From Bugula neritina (taxonomy: Eukaryota > Animalia > Bryozoa), in the NCBI GenBank assembly GCA_964035545.1, contig OZ037769.1:10260633-10324632 (forward strand): a stretch of DNA of 64,000 nt, given 5' to 3'. Positions 59,893-64,000 of the stretch are shown in pieces. The first letter of the stretch is position 1, and the number at the start of each line of letters is the position of its first letter. A program made the position numbers and the translations under genes. Below the pieces are notes generated by a model. That model did no database searches, was not told the DNA's origin, and saw only the letters and a list, made by a program, of their open reading frames with translations.

Positions 59893-61956
59893 TTTCAGGA
59901 CTCAGGGGCACTTGCCAGTACCCGTTCAGCAAGTCCAACGTCCTGAAAAACTTGCTACCAGCTAAGGCATCTAGCCACTCATTGATGATTAGAAAAGGGT
60001 AAACGTCTTGGATGGTCACGCTGTTTAGTTTGTGAAAATCTATGCAAAATCTTTAACTCTTGTCTTTTCTAAACCAGGACAACTAGAAAGCTCCAAGCAC
60101 TATGAGCTGGCTCAATCAGGTCCCGGTTCAAAAGATCTTGCACCTGACGGCTCACTTCTTTTCCTCCTCAGGACCTAATCGGCGGGTTGGCTGCTAAATC
60201 GGCCACGTCTTCGTCGCCAGGGGTATTTCATGACAAACTGCCTAAGTCAGATCATTTTCATGTTCGCCGCAGTTGAACACACCTTTGTACTCAGAGAGTA
60301 ATTGTGTCACCACCAGGTGTTCCCAGTTACTCTCACAGCCATCACAGGCATTCTCATGCAACTCTATCAAGTGTTCAAGCACCGGCCCCTGCCGTTTGTA
60401 GTGGGTACCCCACAGGTCTCCTTCACCATCTTCATGGTAGTCCGACATCCTCCTCGTGCACCTGGTAAAACTTCTTCACCAACGAATCAGCTGGCAACTC
60501 CATTGGTTCAGTGAAAGGGTTCACACACTGTACCAAGAACTCTTCACGTAAGTATGGCACTTGTGACTCTTCGGGAATGGCAACCTTAGGATAGCATCCT
60601 CCTAAGCTGATTGACGATGAAGGTCTCGCTGATCGCATAATCTCGGACCCGACCTGTCAGCTCAATCATTCCATAGAATGGAATAAACGACCCGTCCGCC
60701 AGCGTGCCGTGTTCCCGTTCATTTGGTTTCAGGTTAGCCCTGTCCCCTGCGTTGAGTGTGTCAAAAAGACGCCGGCTCAGTAGATTAGTGGTACACCCAG
60801 TATCGAAAAGGAATGTTGCAGTTTTTATGGCAAGTTTCTCAGGCAGAAAAAAGCTGCTTTTATATGGCTGGGCGCTCACTGAGCGGTTCATCTCTGGATG
60901 TGACACCTCATGTGCATGGAGTTGGAGCTGCACCTGCGCGTTCCAATTACAAGAAGGTCAGTGAGGTCTTGAGAGCAGTCAAGTGACATCTCGACCCTGC
61001 TCGCCCGTAGGCAGCCAAATGAACACTCAATCCAGCTGCCGACAGCTGAGAAAAATGTCAGTCCCGCTCCCACTTCTTATACACTCCTTCATCTGGCAAT
61101 CCTTCAAAGCGGCTTTTGAGTGGCTAAGCCAGAAGTTTTGACAAACCTTGCAATCTGCTGACTCTTTGTGGGGCTTGCCACTCCAACGAAGGCAGCCCCC
61201 CTCAACCAGTTGAGCTTGGGCTTTGGCCTTAGTCTTGGAGGGTTAAACCGAGGCCCAGGGTTGGCGGAATTTACAGTGTGCCGTCTGTGTTAAATCATTT
61301 CCTCCCACCGTAGAGACAGCTCCTCAAGATATGTTCGTCCTTACCACAGCCCAACAAACAGGGGTGCGTTTGCTGCCAGCTGCTGCCGGAAACGTGTAAT
61401 TTCGGCCAGTAGCTCTCGAGCCATGCTCATGGTTAAGCCAGACGGCCCGTCAGCTGCCATCGTGGCTACGTGTACTGTCACAACTCGTCGTCGACTTCTA
61501 CTTGCTACGTGTTCACACCAGGCCAGCACGCGCTATCAGCTTGGAAAAACACATTTCAAAGATAAAATCCCTCACCACCGTATCAACTTTGGCTACCAGC
61601 AAGTGCCTTTTCAAGCTGATGTTGTTGATAGGTTGGAGAAACGCTTCCGGCGCCAAACCTTCCCGTTAGGCTTCTGCAGGCAAGTCATCATAAGCGACTT
61701 GTGCCAGCCATTCCACCACAGTCGCATGTTCTTGCAAAGGAGTTGGACACGTGCATCTCGAGCAGTGAGCCTAAAGTGTGCTCTCAATATATCGAAAATG
61801 TCGCCGACATCCTAGACAATACCATAAGGTTTGGCTGCTCCTGTTACAATTAACTGCAGCTGGATTAAAGTGATTTTTGTTGGCCATCGACAGATGGCTA
61901 CCACGCAGCTGAATTAAGCGGTAAATTGCTCCACATCTTTTTCTCCACAGAAGGTC
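59893..61956 (-). mobile_element. Degenerate Ty3/gypsy LTR-retrotransposon internal region (gag, protease, start of RT)
   Basis: The minus strand gives gag-like KTFCGEKDVEQF...W.....IQLQL..TGAAKPY, aspartic protease FLFDTGCTTNLL, and RT KLNSVTIQDVYP...LDALAGSKFFRTLDLLNGYWQVPL. Many stops and frameshifts; truncated within RT. Confidence 0.88.
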
Positions 61957-64000
61957 TTTCTCTCTCTTGCAGTCAGTCGATACGACTATGACTGTTTTAT
62001 GGATTCGGCTTAAATTTGGTTGCAGCCCTCCACGCAGCTCTGTTGTCAGCTGTCTGCTGCCAAGAACTCAAGTTTATTGCTCTCCATTTCATATTCCTCT
62101 TAGCAACATCTTTAAGTCTGAGTTTAGGTCACCCTGTTTTTCTTTTACCCTCTTTCAGCTGAGAGTAAAGCAATTGTCTTGGTAGCCGGCTATGTTCCAT
62201 CCTGTGCACATGGCCTAGCCATCTTAAGTTCTTTTCTATAAGGATGTCGGCCATGCTTGGCAAATTGGCACGTCTTAATATTTCTTCATTCGTAACTTTG
62301 TCATACCATTTTACAGCCATTATGTCTCTCAGTTGCCTCATCATGAAAGCGCTTAACTTCTTCACCTGTGTCCTGTATATTGTCCATGTTTCTGCTCCAT
62401 ACAGCAGGCTTGAGAGCACCACCGCTCTGTAGACTTTACACTTTACCCTGATGGATACATGTCTGTTGTTCCAGAGTCTCTGCTGCAGCTTTCCGTAAGC
62501 CGCACTTGCTTTGCCTAGTCTGCTCCGTAGCTCTTTCTCTATTTTTGCTGTACAGGAAACAGTGCTTCCTAGATAAGTAAAGTCTGAGGCAAGTACAACT
62601 GGTTCTTGATCTATCATGACAACTTCAGGTTCAGGTGGAGGGTGGATGAGTTTGATTGGCTGGTACATGCATTCTGTCTTTTCTATGTTGATTTTTAAGC
62701 TAAACTGAGCCGCTGCTTTTGCAAAGTTGTTCACTAGCATTTGCATATCTGCAGCGCAATGTGCCGCCAAAGCACTGTCATCAGCAAACAACATCTCTCT
62801 GACTAAGTGTTTGGTAGTACGGGTCTTAGACTTGAACTGAGCCACATCAAAGAGATCAGCCCCATGTCGAGTTTGAATATAAATCCCTTCATTTACATTT
62901 TTAAATGCCACCTCAAGCATAGCGGTCAAGTATAATAAAAATAGTGTTGGCGCAAGAACACACCCCTGCTTGACACCATTGGTTACTGCAAACTCATTTG
63001 AAGCATCTCTACCTTGCACTACCTTGGCTTGCATGCCTGCATGAAGAGCTTTTATCAGGTTGGTGACCTTCTCAGTTAAGCCAAACTTCTTCAGTACACT
63101 CCAGAGGCCATCTCTTGATACTGTATCAAAGGCTTTTGTAAAGTCTATAAATACAGCATACAGCTCCATGTTCTGTTCAGCACATTTTTCTTGAATTTGG
63201 CGAAAGCTAAATATCATATCAATGGTGCTCCTGCTGTTTCGAAAGCCACACTGTGTTTCTGGAAGTATTCCTGGAGTTATATTTACATTGATTTTGTTGA
63301 GGATGATACGGGCCATAATCTTTCCAGCTATAGACAAAAGCGAGATTCCTCTATAATTTCCACAGTCCTTCCTACTACCCTTTTTAAATACGGGCACAAT
63401 GTTCGCGTCTTTCCAGTTCTGTGGCATCTTCTCATTACTCCATATATAAGCAATCAGATCATATAGTCTCTCTTTAAGCCTGATTCCACCGTGCTTTCAC
63501 ACCTCAGCTGGAATGCAACATTCTCCAGGAGATTTATTCTCTTAGGTTGCATCTATAGCATCCAGAAGCTCATCAAAACTTGGCATATCATTTAGACTTA
63601 AATTGGGTGGCATATTTTTGAGACTATTGAGAGCTTCCTGATCTAGTTCCCCTGGTACATTCAGCAACAGGTCAAAATGTTGGGGGAACCTTTTTAAGGT
63701 ATCATTCTTTGCTGTAAGTACTGTTTTACCACTTTGGTCCAGCAATTGGGCGATTCCCCTGTTCTGTGGCCCATAAACTTCTCTAAGGCCATTGTAGAAT
63801 GCCTTCATGTTGTTTTTATCAGCTGCCTGTTGGAGTGATTCTGCTTTTTCCTCTCACCATTGAGACTTTTTTCCTCGAGTGTATTTTTGCAACTTGCTGC
63901 ATGCTTGCGCTAATCGGTCAGTGCTACTTCTTGTTTTTCTCTGTAGTGCTTTTGATTTAGCCTTATTTCTTTCTTTAAGTAATGCATTCAGCTTTGCATC
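61957..64000 (-). mobile_element. Young RTE-clade non-LTR retrotransposon (RT domain, 3' end with short (GA)n tail), running off the window
   Basis: ORF 62129..63427 contains NYRGISLLS, QCGFR, FIDFTKAFD, GVKQGCVLAPTLF, LFADD, FTYLGS, LLYGAETW and LRWLGHV. The frame continues through in-frame stops to a TAA near 61998. The tail is GACTGCAAGAGAGAGAAAG. Confidence 0.93.

Overview
AT-rich, intron-dense genomic DNA from an invertebrate animal; the species cannot be fixed from the sequence. I assembled three protein-coding genes exon by exon with consistent splice phases. The first is a CUB-domain single-pass receptor with a Tyr-rich tail (+, 910-6156, 5' end missing). The second is tafazzin (-, 8212-14085, 7 coding exons, 278 aa). 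The third is PTPN23/HD-PTP (+, 20427-40927, 29 coding exons, about 2436 aa), which has a GC-AG intron, a 3-kb Gln/Pro-repeat exon and a heavily degenerate phosphatase site. An eIF4A3 retro-pseudogene lies antisense in an intron of the CUB gene. From about 42.6 to 58.8 kb is a nested tandem-duplication array of three exon-like modules that appear to encode the end of an unrecognised tail-anchored membrane protein. No copy is intact, and two copies have lost an intron. At the left edge of the array is a perfect 91-bp-arm palindrome carrying a type I hammerhead ribozyme (Penelope-like terminal repeat) between (TA)n tracts. The window ends in a Ty3/gypsy remnant interrupted by a young RTE LINE. 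A CpG-rich, foldable 140-nt island at 41.3-41.5 kb is unexplained. All alignments and foldings were done by eye, without database searches.
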